A DNA stretch of 49,899 nucleotides from Nitrospiraceae bacterium (lineage in GTDB: Bacteria > Nitrospirota > Nitrospiria > Nitrospirales > Nitrospiraceae), in NCBI GenBank assembly GCA_035715525.1, contig DASTLA010000004.1, positions 1 through 49,899 on the forward strand, in the 5' to 3' direction. The position numbers were made by a program, and so were the translations under genes. Positions 17,226 to 26,084 of this stretch are shown piece by piece. The stretch's first letter is position 1, and each line of letters opens with the position of its first letter. A model generated the notes under the pieces. That model saw nothing but the letters and a program-made list of their open reading frames with translations. It was not told where the DNA came from and did not search any database.

Positions 17226-19334
17226 ATGGCTCTCGACAACACGTCCGTGCCGACCACCAGCATCATCAAACATCCCGACATTCTCATGTCCGTCGGCGTC
17301 GTGGCCATGTTGATGGTCATGCTGCTCCCGCTGCCCCGGTTTGTGCTCGACTTGTTGTTGAGCTTCAATATCACCCTGTCCATCGTCATTCTGCTCGTCG
17401 GCATGCAGGTGCGCCGCCCGCTCGAGTTTTCCGTGTTCCCCTCTATTCTGTTGATGGTGACGTTGCTGCGTCTTTCGCTCAACATCGCGTCTACCCGCCT
17501 CATCCTTCTGCACGGCTCCGAGGGAGTGGCGGCGGCGGGAGAGGTGATTCGCGCCTTCGGAAATTTCGTCGTCGGCGGCAATTACACCGTGGGCCTGATC
17601 GTCTTCCTTATTCTCGTCATCATCAACTTCGTCGTCATTACCAAGGGCGCAGGTCGTGTGGCGGAAGTATCGGCTCGTTTCACCTTGGACGCCATGCCGG
17701 GCAAACAGATGAGCATCGACGCCGATCTCAACGCCGGCTTGATCAACGAGACCGAAGCGCGTCAGCGTCGCAAGCAAATCGCCGAGGAGGCCGACTTTTA
17801 CGGCGCCATGGACGGTGCGAGCAAATTCGTGCGCGGCGATGCTGTGGCCGCCGTGATCATCACGGTCGTGAACATCCTGGGCGGGTTGACGATCGGTGTG
17901 TTGCAGCAGGGCATGACGTTGGCCGCCGCCGCGCAAACCTACACCCTGCTGACGGTCGGCGAGGGTTTGGTCGCTCAAGTTCCGGCGCTGATCGTCTCGA
18001 CCGCAACCGGTATCGTCATCACCCGCGCGGCGTCGGAAGTGGATCTGGGCTTCGAGATCACCCGACAGGTCCTCATTTCGCCTAAGGCGGTCGGGACGGC
18101 AGCAGGCATTCTCCTCACCCTCGGACTCGTCCCGGGTCTTCCGCATCTCGCCTTTCTCCTGCTGGGCGGGACGGCGGCCTACATGGCCTATCAGTTGAAT
18201 GAGCGGCAGAAGAGTGCGACCACGGTTGCGGCCCAGCCGAGCCCGGCGGTGAAGTCAGAAGAGCCGGTGCCGCAGGTGGCGCCCTTGGACTTGATGGAGG
18301 TGCAGGTCGGGTACGGGCTGATCGGGTTGGTCGACGCGGGGAACGGCGGGGGGTTGCTGGATCGCATCAAGGGATTGCGCCGCCAATTCGCCGAACAGAT
18401 GGGCTTCATCCTGCCGCCGATCCACATTCGGGACAATTTACAGCTACGCCCGAACGAGTACGCGGCGCTCCTGAAAGGCGTAGAGATCGCCAAATCCGAA
18501 GTGATGCCCGCTCATGTATTGGCCATCGACCCCGGGACGGCGCAGCGGGGACTCGTGCAAGGCCTGCCGACCAAGGAGCCGGCCTTCGGCCTTCCGGCGC
18601 TGTGGGTGCCGGAGCAGGCTCGGGAGCAGGCACAGATGGCCGGCTACACGGTGGTCGATCCAGGAGCGGCCGTGGCGACCCATCTCTCCGAACTGATCAA
18701 ACGACATGCGCACGAACTCCTCGGTCGGCAGGAAGTGCAGGGGCTTCTCGATCAACTGGGCAAGGCGCATCCCAAGCTGGTCGAGGAAGTCATACCCGGA
18801 ATGATTCCACTGGGGACGCTGGTGCGAATTCTGGCGCAGTTGTTGCGCGAAGGGGTGCCGATTCGTGATCTGCGATCCATTCTGGAAACGATCGCCGATC
18901 ATGCCTCGACCACCAAAGATCCCGACATCCTCACCGAGGTCTCGCGGCAAAGCCTGGGGCGGACCATCACGCGGCAGTACCTTGCGCCCGATGGGACTCT
19001 CCCGATCATCGGATTGGATCCCCGCCTGGATCGCACCTTGGCCGAACAAGCCAATTCGACGGCGCAAGGGAGCCAATGGACGCCGGATCCGCAATTGGCG
19101 CAGAAGCTGGTGGCGGCGCTCAAGCAAGCCGCCGAACGGATGGTGGGGCGGGGGCATCAACCGGTGATTCTCTGTTCGCCCTCGCTGAGGCGGCATCTGA
19201 GAAAGCTGACGGACCGGATTCTGCATTCCGTGCCCGTCCTTGGACTGAACGAGGTCGACAGCGTCATACGTCTGCAGGCGTTGGAGACCGTACGGCTCGA
19301 TCTCGAAGTGGTTGAGACGAGGAGCCTGGCATGA
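17226..19334 (+). CDS. flhA: flagellar export gate protein FlhA
   Basis: 702 aa with the conserved RFTLDAMPGKQMSIDADLNAGLI block and a large C-terminal cytoplasmic domain. Confidence 0.96.
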   Translation: MALDNTSVPTTSIIKHPDILMSVGVVAMLMVMLLPLPRFVLDLLLSFNITLSIVILLVGMQVRRPLEFSVFPSILLMVTLLRLSLNIASTRLILLHGSEGVAAAGEVIRAFGNFVVGGNYTVGLIVFLILVIINFVVITKGAGRVAEVSARFTLDAMPGKQMSIDADLNAGLINETEARQRRKQIAEEADFYGAMDGASKFVRGDAVAAVIITVVNILGGLTIGVLQQGMTLAAAAQTYTLLTVGEGLVAQVPALIVSTATGIVITRAASEVDLGFEITRQVLISPKAVGTAAGILLTLGLVPGLPHLAFLLLGGTAAYMAYQLNERQKSATTVAAQPSPAVKSEEPVPQVAPLDLMEVQVGYGLIGLVDAGNGGGLLDRIKGLRRQFAEQMGFILPPIHIRDNLQLRPNEYAALLKGVEIAKSEVMPAHVLAIDPGTAQRGLVQGLPTKEPAFGLPALWVPEQAREQAQMAGYTVVDPGAAVATHLSELIKRHAHELLGRQEVQGLLDQLGKAHPKLVEEVIPGMIPLGTLVRILAQLLREGVPIRDLRSILETIADHASTTKDPDILTEVSRQSLGRTITRQYLAPDGTLPIIGLDPRLDRTLAEQANSTAQGSQWTPDPQLAQKLVAALKQAAERMVGRGHQPVILCSPSLRRHLRKLTDRILHSVPVLGLNEVDSVIRLQALETVRLDLEVVETRSLA

Positions 19335-20605
19335 ACGTACGCACCTTTCACGTCAAATCCATGCACGAGGCGATTCGTGCGATCAAGGAGGCGCTTGGGC
19401 CGGAGGCCGTCATCCTCTCCACCAAACGCGTGCGCTCGTGGGGAAACGGATTTGGGCTGCTCGGCGGCTCGATGCTGGAAGTCGTCGCGGCGAATGACGA
19501 GGAGAGCGACGCCGGGAATCCACCCGTCGCACGAGAGGGCGAAATTGCGGAGCGAGCTGGCGCGGAGCATTCAGCCGTTTCCGCGACCGGAGCGACGCCA
19601 TTCGAGCACACGTTGCGCGGCGCCATGGTGAATGGAGCGGTACGGGAACCCGCTCCAAAGAAAGGCCCGACGCAGGATAAGACACCCGCCGGTGTCGGCT
19701 TTTTTGTGCGGAACTATGCTTCGAGGGCGGGAACCAGCGGAATCGAAAGTTTCGAGCGGGTCTACGACGATTTGCTCGCCCATGGCGTCGAGGCGGAAAC
19801 CGCAGAACAGTGCCTGCGGGAGTTGCAGGCGACCTTGGTGGAACCAGGTCAATCCGGCAAAGCCTCCTCACTGCAGTTGCTACGGACCGTCCTGCTTTCC
19901 CGGATCACGACGGTCGGCCCGCTACTCGCCCCGAGGGGCGACCGAAAAGTGGCGCTGTTCATCGGTCCGAGCGGGGTGGGAAAGACGTCGACGATCGCGA
20001 AGCTTGCCACGCACTATGGACTCGTCGAACAGCGCAGTGTGGTGCTGATCACGATGGATACGTTTCGTCCTGCGGCGGTGGAACAGCTACGCCTGTACGC
20101 CGAGGTCCTGGGCATCGACTTGCGTGTCGCTGGCACATCCGATGAGGTTCGCGCCGCGATCGACGAGAGTCGTGAAGCCGAACTCGTCTTGATCGATACA
20201 CCGGGACTTCTTCCCTATCAGCCGCTCGAAGGGCAACGGTGGCGAGATCTCGTGAAAGCGGGATACCCGTTGGAGATTCATTTGGTGATGGCGGCGGGGA
20301 CTCGTGTCCCCGATCTGGTCGCGACGGTTTCGAACTGCATCGACCTTCCCGCGCTCCGTCTCCTCTTTACCAAGTTGGATGAGACCCGAGGATACGGCGG
20401 TATCTTTGAGACGACGCACCGGACCGGGGTGCCGCTGTCCTACTGGGGGACGGGGCAGCGGGTGCCCGACGACCTCGTGTTAGCGCGTGTGGAGCGGTTG
20501 GGGGACCTGCTTCTGGGCGGGCATCTTTGGCTGTCAGGGGCAGCGACCGTCTCACCGGCCGGGCAGGCAGATATGGGAATGCTATCGGGAACGAGAATGC
20601 AATAG
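19331..20605 (+). CDS. flhF: flagellar SRP-type GTPase FlhF
   Basis: G1 motif GPSGVGKTSTIAKLA, DTPG, and TKLDET (G4-like). ATGA overlap with flhA. Confidence 0.9.
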   Translation: MNVRTFHVKSMHEAIRAIKEALGPEAVILSTKRVRSWGNGFGLLGGSMLEVVAANDEESDAGNPPVAREGEIAERAGAEHSAVSATGATPFEHTLRGAMVNGAVREPAPKKGPTQDKTPAGVGFFVRNYASRAGTSGIESFERVYDDLLAHGVEAETAEQCLRELQATLVEPGQSGKASSLQLLRTVLLSRITTVGPLLAPRGDRKVALFIGPSGVGKTSTIAKLATHYGLVEQRSVVLITMDTFRPAAVEQLRLYAEVLGIDLRVAGTSDEVRAAIDESREAELVLIDTPGLLPYQPLEGQRWRDLVKAGYPLEIHLVMAAGTRVPDLVATVSNCIDLPALRLLFTKLDETRGYGGIFETTHRTGVPLSYWGTGQRVPDDLVLARVERLGDLLLGGHLWLSGAATVSPAGQADMGMLSGTRMQ

Positions 20606-20631
20606 CACAGTAGGACGAGACGCTACGGAGG

Positions 20632-21504
20632 ATGTGCGAGGCCATGCAACAAGGGATGCTCGACCGGCAGGTGCGCGATAAAAACAATCTCCCAGCACCC
20701 CCTCAAACCAAAGTCATCACGGTGACGAGTGGGAAGGGCGGGGTCGGAAAGACCAACGTCGTGGCCAACACTGCGATCGCGCTCGCGCAGGCCGGCAAGC
20801 GAGTGCTGGTCCTCGATGCCGATCTGGGTTTGGGCAATATCGATATTCTTCTCGGCCTGACACCGAAATATACGCTTGAACACGTGTTGAAGAAAGCCTG
20901 TCGATTGGAAGAGATCGTCTTGTCTGGACCTGCAGGCATCATGGTCCTGCCGGCCAGTTCGGGCGTTCCCCAATTGACCACGTTGACTGAGCCTCAGCAG
21001 TTGCTGCTCCAGGAAGAACTGGAGCGGCTGGCGGCCACCATGGACGTGCTCCTCATCGATACCGGCGCCGGCATCTCGTCTACTGTCACGTACTTTGCGG
21101 CGGCCGCCCAATCGATCGTCGTCGTCGTCTCACCGGAACCGACGTCGCTGACGGACGCCTACGCGCTCATGAAGGTCATGTTGCGGCAGTATCGGGAACG
21201 GCGGTTCCACGTGCTGGTCAACATGGTGAAATCACCCAAGGAGGCTACGCAGGTCTTTGCAAAGCTGGACACGGCGGTGAGCCGTTTTCTGCACGTGTCG
21301 CTGGATTATCTCGGGTTCATTCCGTTGGACGATTACGTGCCCCTCGCCGTGACCCACCAGCGCGCCGTCGTCGACGAATTCCCCCACACCCGTGTCAGCC
21401 GCGCCTTTCGGGATCTAGCCGGTGCCGTCGGCCGGCTTTCACCTCCCGCGCTTCCCAAAGGCACGGTGCAATTTCTCTGGCAACAGCTCTTGTCGGCGCA
21501 GTGA
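20632..21504 (+). CDS. flhG: MinD/ParA-type ATPase FlhG (FleN/YlxH)
   Basis: Deviant Walker A SGKGGVGKT. Position between flhF and fliA. Confidence 0.88.
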   Translation: MCEAMQQGMLDRQVRDKNNLPAPPQTKVITVTSGKGGVGKTNVVANTAIALAQAGKRVLVLDADLGLGNIDILLGLTPKYTLEHVLKKACRLEEIVLSGPAGIMVLPASSGVPQLTTLTEPQQLLLQEELERLAATMDVLLIDTGAGISSTVTYFAAAAQSIVVVVSPEPTSLTDAYALMKVMLRQYRERRFHVLVNMVKSPKEATQVFAKLDTAVSRFLHVSLDYLGFIPLDDYVPLAVTHQRAVVDEFPHTRVSRAFRDLAGAVGRLSPPALPKGTVQFLWQQLLSAQ

Positions 21505-21520
21505 CGGAAAGGACGATTGA

Positions 21521-22276
21521 ATGGACGGACCAAGAGGCAGCTCGACGGGCGCGGCGAAGCGGACCATCCCGGAAGGGGATCGTGAACGGGTCATCCAAGA
21601 ATTCGCCCATGTCGTCAAGGCGATGGCACACCGGTTGGCGTTTCGCCTGCCGGCCTATCTGGACGCCGAAGATCTCGTGTCCGTCGGCATTATCGGCCTG
21701 ATGGATGCGATGAACAAGTATGATCCCAAGCGGGAGGCCAAGTTCAAAACCTACGCGGAGTTCAGAATTCGCGGCGCTATGCTGGACGAAATCAGATCGA
21801 TGGATTGGATTCCCCGCTCGGTTCATGAACGGATCGCCTTGCTGCAGAAGACCTACACGGAACTGCTCAATCGTCTCGGCCGCCCGCCGTCGGATCAGGA
21901 GGTTGCCAAGGAACTGCAGATGTCGATGGAGGAGCTGGACGAGTTTCTCACGCGCTCGCGGGGCGCCGTGGTGATCAGTCTAGACGATCTGGGCGTACAA
22001 GATCCCGACGGCCAAAAGATGCTGAGTGTGCTGACGGATCCCAATCAGCCGGACCCGTTGTCGGTCCTCGTCAACGATCGCGAACGCAAGGTACTGGAGT
22101 CCGCGATACAGGAATTGCCTGAAAAAGAACGAGTGGTGTTGTCGCTGTACTACTTCGAGGAACTCACGATGAAGGAGATCGGGCAGGCACTCAAGGTGAC
22201 TGAGTCACGCGTCTGTCAAATCCATTCGAAAGCCATCCTTCACCTCAAAGCCAGACTCCAACCGGTCGATGCGTGA
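21521..22276 (+). CDS. fliA: flagellar sigma factor FliA (sigma-28)
   Basis: Region 2 (YAEFRIRGAMLDEIR) and region 4 HTH (LTMKEIGQALKVTESRVCQIHSKAI). Confidence 0.92.
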   Translation: MDGPRGSSTGAAKRTIPEGDRERVIQEFAHVVKAMAHRLAFRLPAYLDAEDLVSVGIIGLMDAMNKYDPKREAKFKTYAEFRIRGAMLDEIRSMDWIPRSVHERIALLQKTYTELLNRLGRPPSDQEVAKELQMSMEELDEFLTRSRGAVVISLDDLGVQDPDGQKMLSVLTDPNQPDPLSVLVNDRERKVLESAIQELPEKERVVLSLYYFEELTMKEIGQALKVTESRVCQIHSKAILHLKARLQPVDA

Positions 22277-22370
22277 ACGCCGCCGCCGATCCCGTTCTTG
22301 AACGATCGCGTTCATTCCGGCCGGTTCGTATAGAAGCCCTGCTTCTCAAATTCCTACTTCCCATCCGAGC

Positions 22371-22398
22371 TTTAGTTTTCCTTTTCAGATACCGATAG
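22371..22398 (+). promoter_or_regulatory. candidate sigma-28-type promoter upstream of the degenerate GGDEF gene
   Basis: TTTAGTTT-N12-ACCGATAG compared with the consensus TAAAGTTT-N11-GCCGATAA. It has the same architecture as the flgM site. It lies only 12 nt before ATG 22411, so the CDS start may be further downstream. Confidence 0.4.
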
Positions 22399-22410
22399 CT
22401 CATCAGCTTC

Positions 22411-23379
22411 ATGTCCCAGGGCATTCCTGTGCCCATCTGGATCGATCATTCCGAACGCGCAGGTTTCATGGATAGGATGATCTCACGTACCTCCCGCCGG
22501 TCCCTGTTCACGAATTCCGCTGTCCGATCGGATGCGTCGCATCATCATGCCTGGTCGCCAAAGGACTTTCCAGGGACGTCGTCGATCCTGCCGTTGGGGT
22601 CCGGCCTCATGGGGATGATCGTCTCCTTCATGGTGGTAGCGGGAGGATTGTATTGGATCAACGCAACGGGGTTGTTGACGGCATCGGCGCTGCGATCGGT
22701 TCCGATGGCTCTATGGGGGGCCGCTGTTCTTGCCATAGGAGCACTATCGGGGCTCATCGTCTGGGGAATGCGATCGCCCAGGACCCATCCGATCGGTTGG
22801 TTTGTGGGAGGGCAATCGAAGCTGGCGATCCCAACCACCTACGATTCCGTGACCGGGCTGCCCACCTCGCGCCTGTTCATGTCCATGCTCAATAACGCAC
22901 TCGTCAGGGCCGATAGAGAAGGGCGTCACGTGGCAATCCTCCTGGTAGAGTTGGAGCATTTTACCTTGACGGGCGGATCTCAAGAACCGAGCAACCCCAA
23001 CCTCATCTATAGGGTGCAGGCGGCACGGGTGAAAAGCGCACTGCGAAGCACCGACACGGTGGCGCGGTTGGCCGAGCGAACATTCGTCGTTCTGCTGGAT
23101 AAGATCACCGCCGACGAGGCGGTTGGTATCGCGACCAAAATGCAGGCGACGGTGTCATTGCCCTTTCTCGTAGAAGGACAGGAGGTTTTCCTTACCAGCC
23201 GTATCGGGATCAGCGTCTCTGGCCCGGGAGCAATGGACGGAGCAACCTTGCTCCGGACGGCCGAGGAAGCGGTCGAGAAGGCGAGGGCGGAGGGCTTTGT
23301 CATATACGGACTCAACGTCGACATGGCGAATGATTCATCTCTTACTCCCGTCACAAAGTCCACCCCCCAGGCCGCGTGA
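22411..23379 (+). CDS. membrane protein with a degenerate GGDEF domain (A-site lost, RxxD I-site retained)
   Basis: Hydrophobic N-terminal half with 2-3 TM segments. The GGDEF-fold block begins YDSVTGLPTSRLF. The GG(D/E)EF position reads AERTF and the DxDxFK position reads ELEHFT. RSTD sits exactly 5 residues upstream, as a canonical I-site does. Confidence 0.75.
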   Translation: MSQGIPVPIWIDHSERAGFMDRMISRTSRRSLFTNSAVRSDASHHHAWSPKDFPGTSSILPLGSGLMGMIVSFMVVAGGLYWINATGLLTASALRSVPMALWGAAVLAIGALSGLIVWGMRSPRTHPIGWFVGGQSKLAIPTTYDSVTGLPTSRLFMSMLNNALVRADREGRHVAILLVELEHFTLTGGSQEPSNPNLIYRVQAARVKSALRSTDTVARLAERTFVVLLDKITADEAVGIATKMQATVSLPFLVEGQEVFLTSRIGISVSGPGAMDGATLLRTAEEAVEKARAEGFVIYGLNVDMANDSSLTPVTKSTPQAA

Positions 23380-23625
23380 CCGGACTTACCTCGTACCCTC
23401 GACGACACGTCATCTGAGCTGCAAGGCTTCCCTTCGACGCTAGGCAGGACTTTCCATTCGATCGGTAAAGAGTTCCCTGTTCCCGATCTCGTTCTTTGCC
23501 GCGGAAGGCAGCCTAGCCCTGGTTCCTTGCCTGAAGAAATCCGTCCGTCCGCCAATTCCGCCGGTTCGGCAGCTTTTTGTCGATGCTTCGGTTTGTGTCG
23601 TCCGATAAAGCCGTCGGTCTTCCGA

Positions 23626-23641
23626 TGGCATATCGATTGCT
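23626..23641 (+). promoter_or_regulatory. sigma-54 promoter for the flgF operon
   Basis: TGGCAT-atcga-TTGCT with GG and GC correctly spaced, 44 nt upstream of flgF ATG 23685. Confidence 0.65.
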
Positions 23642-23684
23642 AATCTCCCACCGAGACTCGCACTCCACCCAAGAACGTTACGCG

Positions 23685-24455
23685 ATGAACCGAGCGATCT
23701 ATCCCATCCTGTCGGGCGCCGTGGCGCAAGAAAAGCAGCTGCAGGTCTTCGCCAACAATTTGGCAAACGTCAACACGACTGGTTTCAAGCAGGATCAGCA
23801 AGCCTTCCGGGGGCTCCTCGCCCGAGCGGCTGTCACCGCGCCGATCGCGATGCCATCCGTGACGGTGAGTGCCTCGCTTGCCTCTCGTCCCGCAGGACCG
23901 ACCGAGCGCGTCTTCGCTGAGCCCCACGCGCTGCGCACCGCATTCGAACCCGGACGCATCCGTATTACAGGAAATCCGCTCGACTTGGCGTTACAGGGAA
24001 GCGGATTTTTTGAAGTCAAAACGGCCCAGGGGGTCCGATATACCAGGAGCGGCATGTTTTCCCTCGATAACCAACGTCGTCTCGTCACGACCCTCGGTCA
24101 CCCCGTCATGGGGATGAAAGGCGAAATCAAAATCCCGCCGGGGACCGTACAGATCAATGCTCAAGGCGGCATTCAGGTGGATGGCAACCCGGTCGGAACG
24201 ATCAAGGTCGTGGAATTTCCGGACAAGGCCATGCCGCAGAAACATGCGGAAGGATTGTTTGTCGGCGGGCAGCCGAAGGTTTCCCTGAACCCGCAGGTCC
24301 AATCGGGGCATATCGAAGAGTCCAACGTCAATGCATTGGGCGAAATGGTCAAAATGATCCAGGGCATGCGCACCTATGAGTCCGCGCAGAAGTTAATCCA
24401 GACGCTGGATCGGATGACCGAGACCGCCATCCAGGACATCGGTCGGGTGCAGTAG
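23685..24455 (+). CDS. flgF: flagellar basal-body rod protein FlgF
   Basis: MNRAIYPILSGAVAQEKQLQVFANNLANVNTTGFK at the N-terminus and SNVNALGEMVKMIQGMRTYESAQKLIQTLD at the C-terminus. The track start at 23577 runs over the promoter. Confidence 0.85.
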   Translation: MNRAIYPILSGAVAQEKQLQVFANNLANVNTTGFKQDQQAFRGLLARAAVTAPIAMPSVTVSASLASRPAGPTERVFAEPHALRTAFEPGRIRITGNPLDLALQGSGFFEVKTAQGVRYTRSGMFSLDNQRRLVTTLGHPVMGMKGEIKIPPGTVQINAQGGIQVDGNPVGTIKVVEFPDKAMPQKHAEGLFVGGQPKVSLNPQVQSGHIEESNVNALGEMVKMIQGMRTYESAQKLIQTLDRMTETAIQDIGRVQ

Positions 24456-24464
24456 GAGGAGCCT

Positions 24465-25256
24465 ATGATTCGTGCCATGTGGACCGCCGCCACGGGAATG
24501 ACGGCCCAGCAAATCAACGTCGACACGATCGCGCATAACCTGGCCAACGTCAATACGAACGCGTTCAAGCGGAGTCGGGCTGAATTCGCCGACCTCCTCT
24601 ACCAAATTCAACGGCTGCCCGGGACCAACGCGTCCAACGTCGGCGTATTCCCCACAGGGGTACAGATCGGCGCCGGCGTCCGCCCCATCACGGTAGCCAA
24701 GGAATGGATTCAGGGAAACGTGCGTCAAACCAACAACGACCTCGATCTAGCCATCGACGGACCGGGGTTTTTCCAGGTTGCCAGGCCGGACGGCACGATC
24801 ATGTATACCCGGAACGGCTCATTCAAACGCGACAATGTGGGGAACTTGGTAACGGGCGACGGGGATCAACTGACGCCGGTGATTACCGTTCCCTCGGGCG
24901 CCTTGAAGATCGACATCGGCCAGGACGGGACCGTTTCCGTGCTGCTTCCCGGCGTAACGCAAGCCTCGCAGGTCGGCCAGATCCAACTTGTCCGTTTCGA
25001 CAATCCCTCCGGGCTCGTCTCGATGGGCAACAATCTGTTTCTCGACAGCTTCGCCTCCGGCCCGCCGCTGCAGGGAACCGGCGGCTTCTCGACGGGATTC
25101 GGCATGCTGCAACAGGGATTCTTGGAAAGCTCCAACGTCAACTTGGCAGAAGAAATGGTCAACATGATCATCGCGCAACGGAGCTATGAGATCAATTCCA
25201 AGACGATTCAGGCGTCGGATGAAATGATGCAAATCGCGAACAATCTTCGCCGATAA
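24465..25256 (+). CDS. flgG: flagellar distal rod protein FlgG
   Basis: MIRAMWTAATGMTAQQINVDTIAHNLANVNTNAFKR and SNVNLAEEMVNMIIAQRSYEINSKTIQASDEMMQ. Confidence 0.95.
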   Translation: MIRAMWTAATGMTAQQINVDTIAHNLANVNTNAFKRSRAEFADLLYQIQRLPGTNASNVGVFPTGVQIGAGVRPITVAKEWIQGNVRQTNNDLDLAIDGPGFFQVARPDGTIMYTRNGSFKRDNVGNLVTGDGDQLTPVITVPSGALKIDIGQDGTVSVLLPGVTQASQVGQIQLVRFDNPSGLVSMGNNLFLDSFASGPPLQGTGGFSTGFGMLQQGFLESSNVNLAEEMVNMIIAQRSYEINSKTIQASDEMMQIANNLRR

Positions 25257-25283
25257 CCGCGATCGACGCTCGACGGGGGATCC

Positions 25284-26084
25284 GTGAGACCAACTAGTGT
25301 GATGTTTCTCGCCGCGCTGCTCTCTCTGCAGTTCGCATCGGCAGCCGGAGCGGAAGTAGGGCGGCGCGCCAGTCGCGCAGAGATCCAGCCCGTGCACGAC
25401 TTCATGCCGAGCGCGGGCGCCAGGGCCCTTCGAGCCCGTGGCGGACGACTGCTCTATCCGGAGCGGATCCGGGACGCCATCCAGACTTACGTACGAAAGG
25501 AACTGGCGGGCCGGGCGTTGGATTGTCAGGTGACGGTCGGTGAACCACAGGAGCCGGTCGTGGTGCCGGCCGGGACGCTGGACATCAAGGTCAGCGGAGG
25601 CGGCGCAGAAGATCCGTTGGGACGACGCACGTTCCTCGTCCATGTGGCCGTCAATGGTCGCTTGGTTCGGTCTATCGAAGCGACCGCCGATGTGGCAGCA
25701 GTGCTGGAAGTCGTCGTGCCGGTCCGGCTGATCAAAGCGGACGAACAGATCGAACCCGACGACGTGACGACCGACCGTATGGTCGTATTCGATCTCAAAC
25801 AGGCGGTCGCAACCGATCCGGCAGAGGTCGTGGGGAAAGCCGCCATGCGCCCGCTGGCCCCGCAAAGCCCGATTCGACTGACGGCGGTGCGGCGACCATT
25901 TGCAGTGCACAAGGGTGACCGGGTCACCATCGAAGCGCGACAGGGTGGGCTTGCCATTCAGACGGTGGGCGTCACGAAGTCTCACGGCGAACTCGGGCAG
26001 ACCATCACCGTTTCCAACGTGGATTCCGGAAAAGAATTGCGGGCAAAAATCGTCGGACCGGGGGTCGTGCGTGTCGATTTCTAA
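25284..26084 (+). CDS. flgA: P-ring assembly chaperone FlgA
   Basis: Signal peptide, then a C-terminal FlgA/SAF block (VHKGDRVTIEARQGGLAIQTVGVTKSHGELGQTITVSNVDSGKELRAKIVGPGVVRV). GTG start. Confidence 0.85.
   Translation: MRPTSVMFLAALLSLQFASAAGAEVGRRASRAEIQPVHDFMPSAGARALRARGGRLLYPERIRDAIQTYVRKELAGRALDCQVTVGEPQEPVVVPAGTLDIKVSGGGAEDPLGRRTFLVHVAVNGRLVRSIEATADVAAVLEVVVPVRLIKADEQIEPDDVTTDRMVVFDLKQAVATDPAEVVGKAAMRPLAPQSPIRLTAVRRPFAVHKGDRVTIEARQGGLAIQTVGVTKSHGELGQTITVSNVDSGKELRAKIVGPGVVRVDF

Noticed and set aside
22299-22314. A TGAACG-atcg-CGTTCA hairpin after fliA, considered as a possible terminator.
   Set aside because: The stem is only 6 bp and has weak stability, and there is no U-tract. It cannot be distinguished from chance.
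23466-23489. TAAAG...CCCGATCT, which resembles a sigma-28 promoter in the spacer upstream of flgF.
   Set aside because: The spacing between TAAA and CCGAT is about 13 nt, against 16-17 nt in the consensus and in the flgM site. A well-spaced sigma-54 promoter lies closer to flgF.
25900-26070. A 5' extension of flgH overlapping 185 nt of flgA. Similar extensions occur for flgI (26687), fliE (1918), fliL (11863), flgF (23577) and the acetyltransferase (37670).
   Set aside because: Internal starts give canonical N-termini (lipoprotein signal, conserved family N-terminal motifs, or a good RBS). The extensions overlap upstream genes or promoters.
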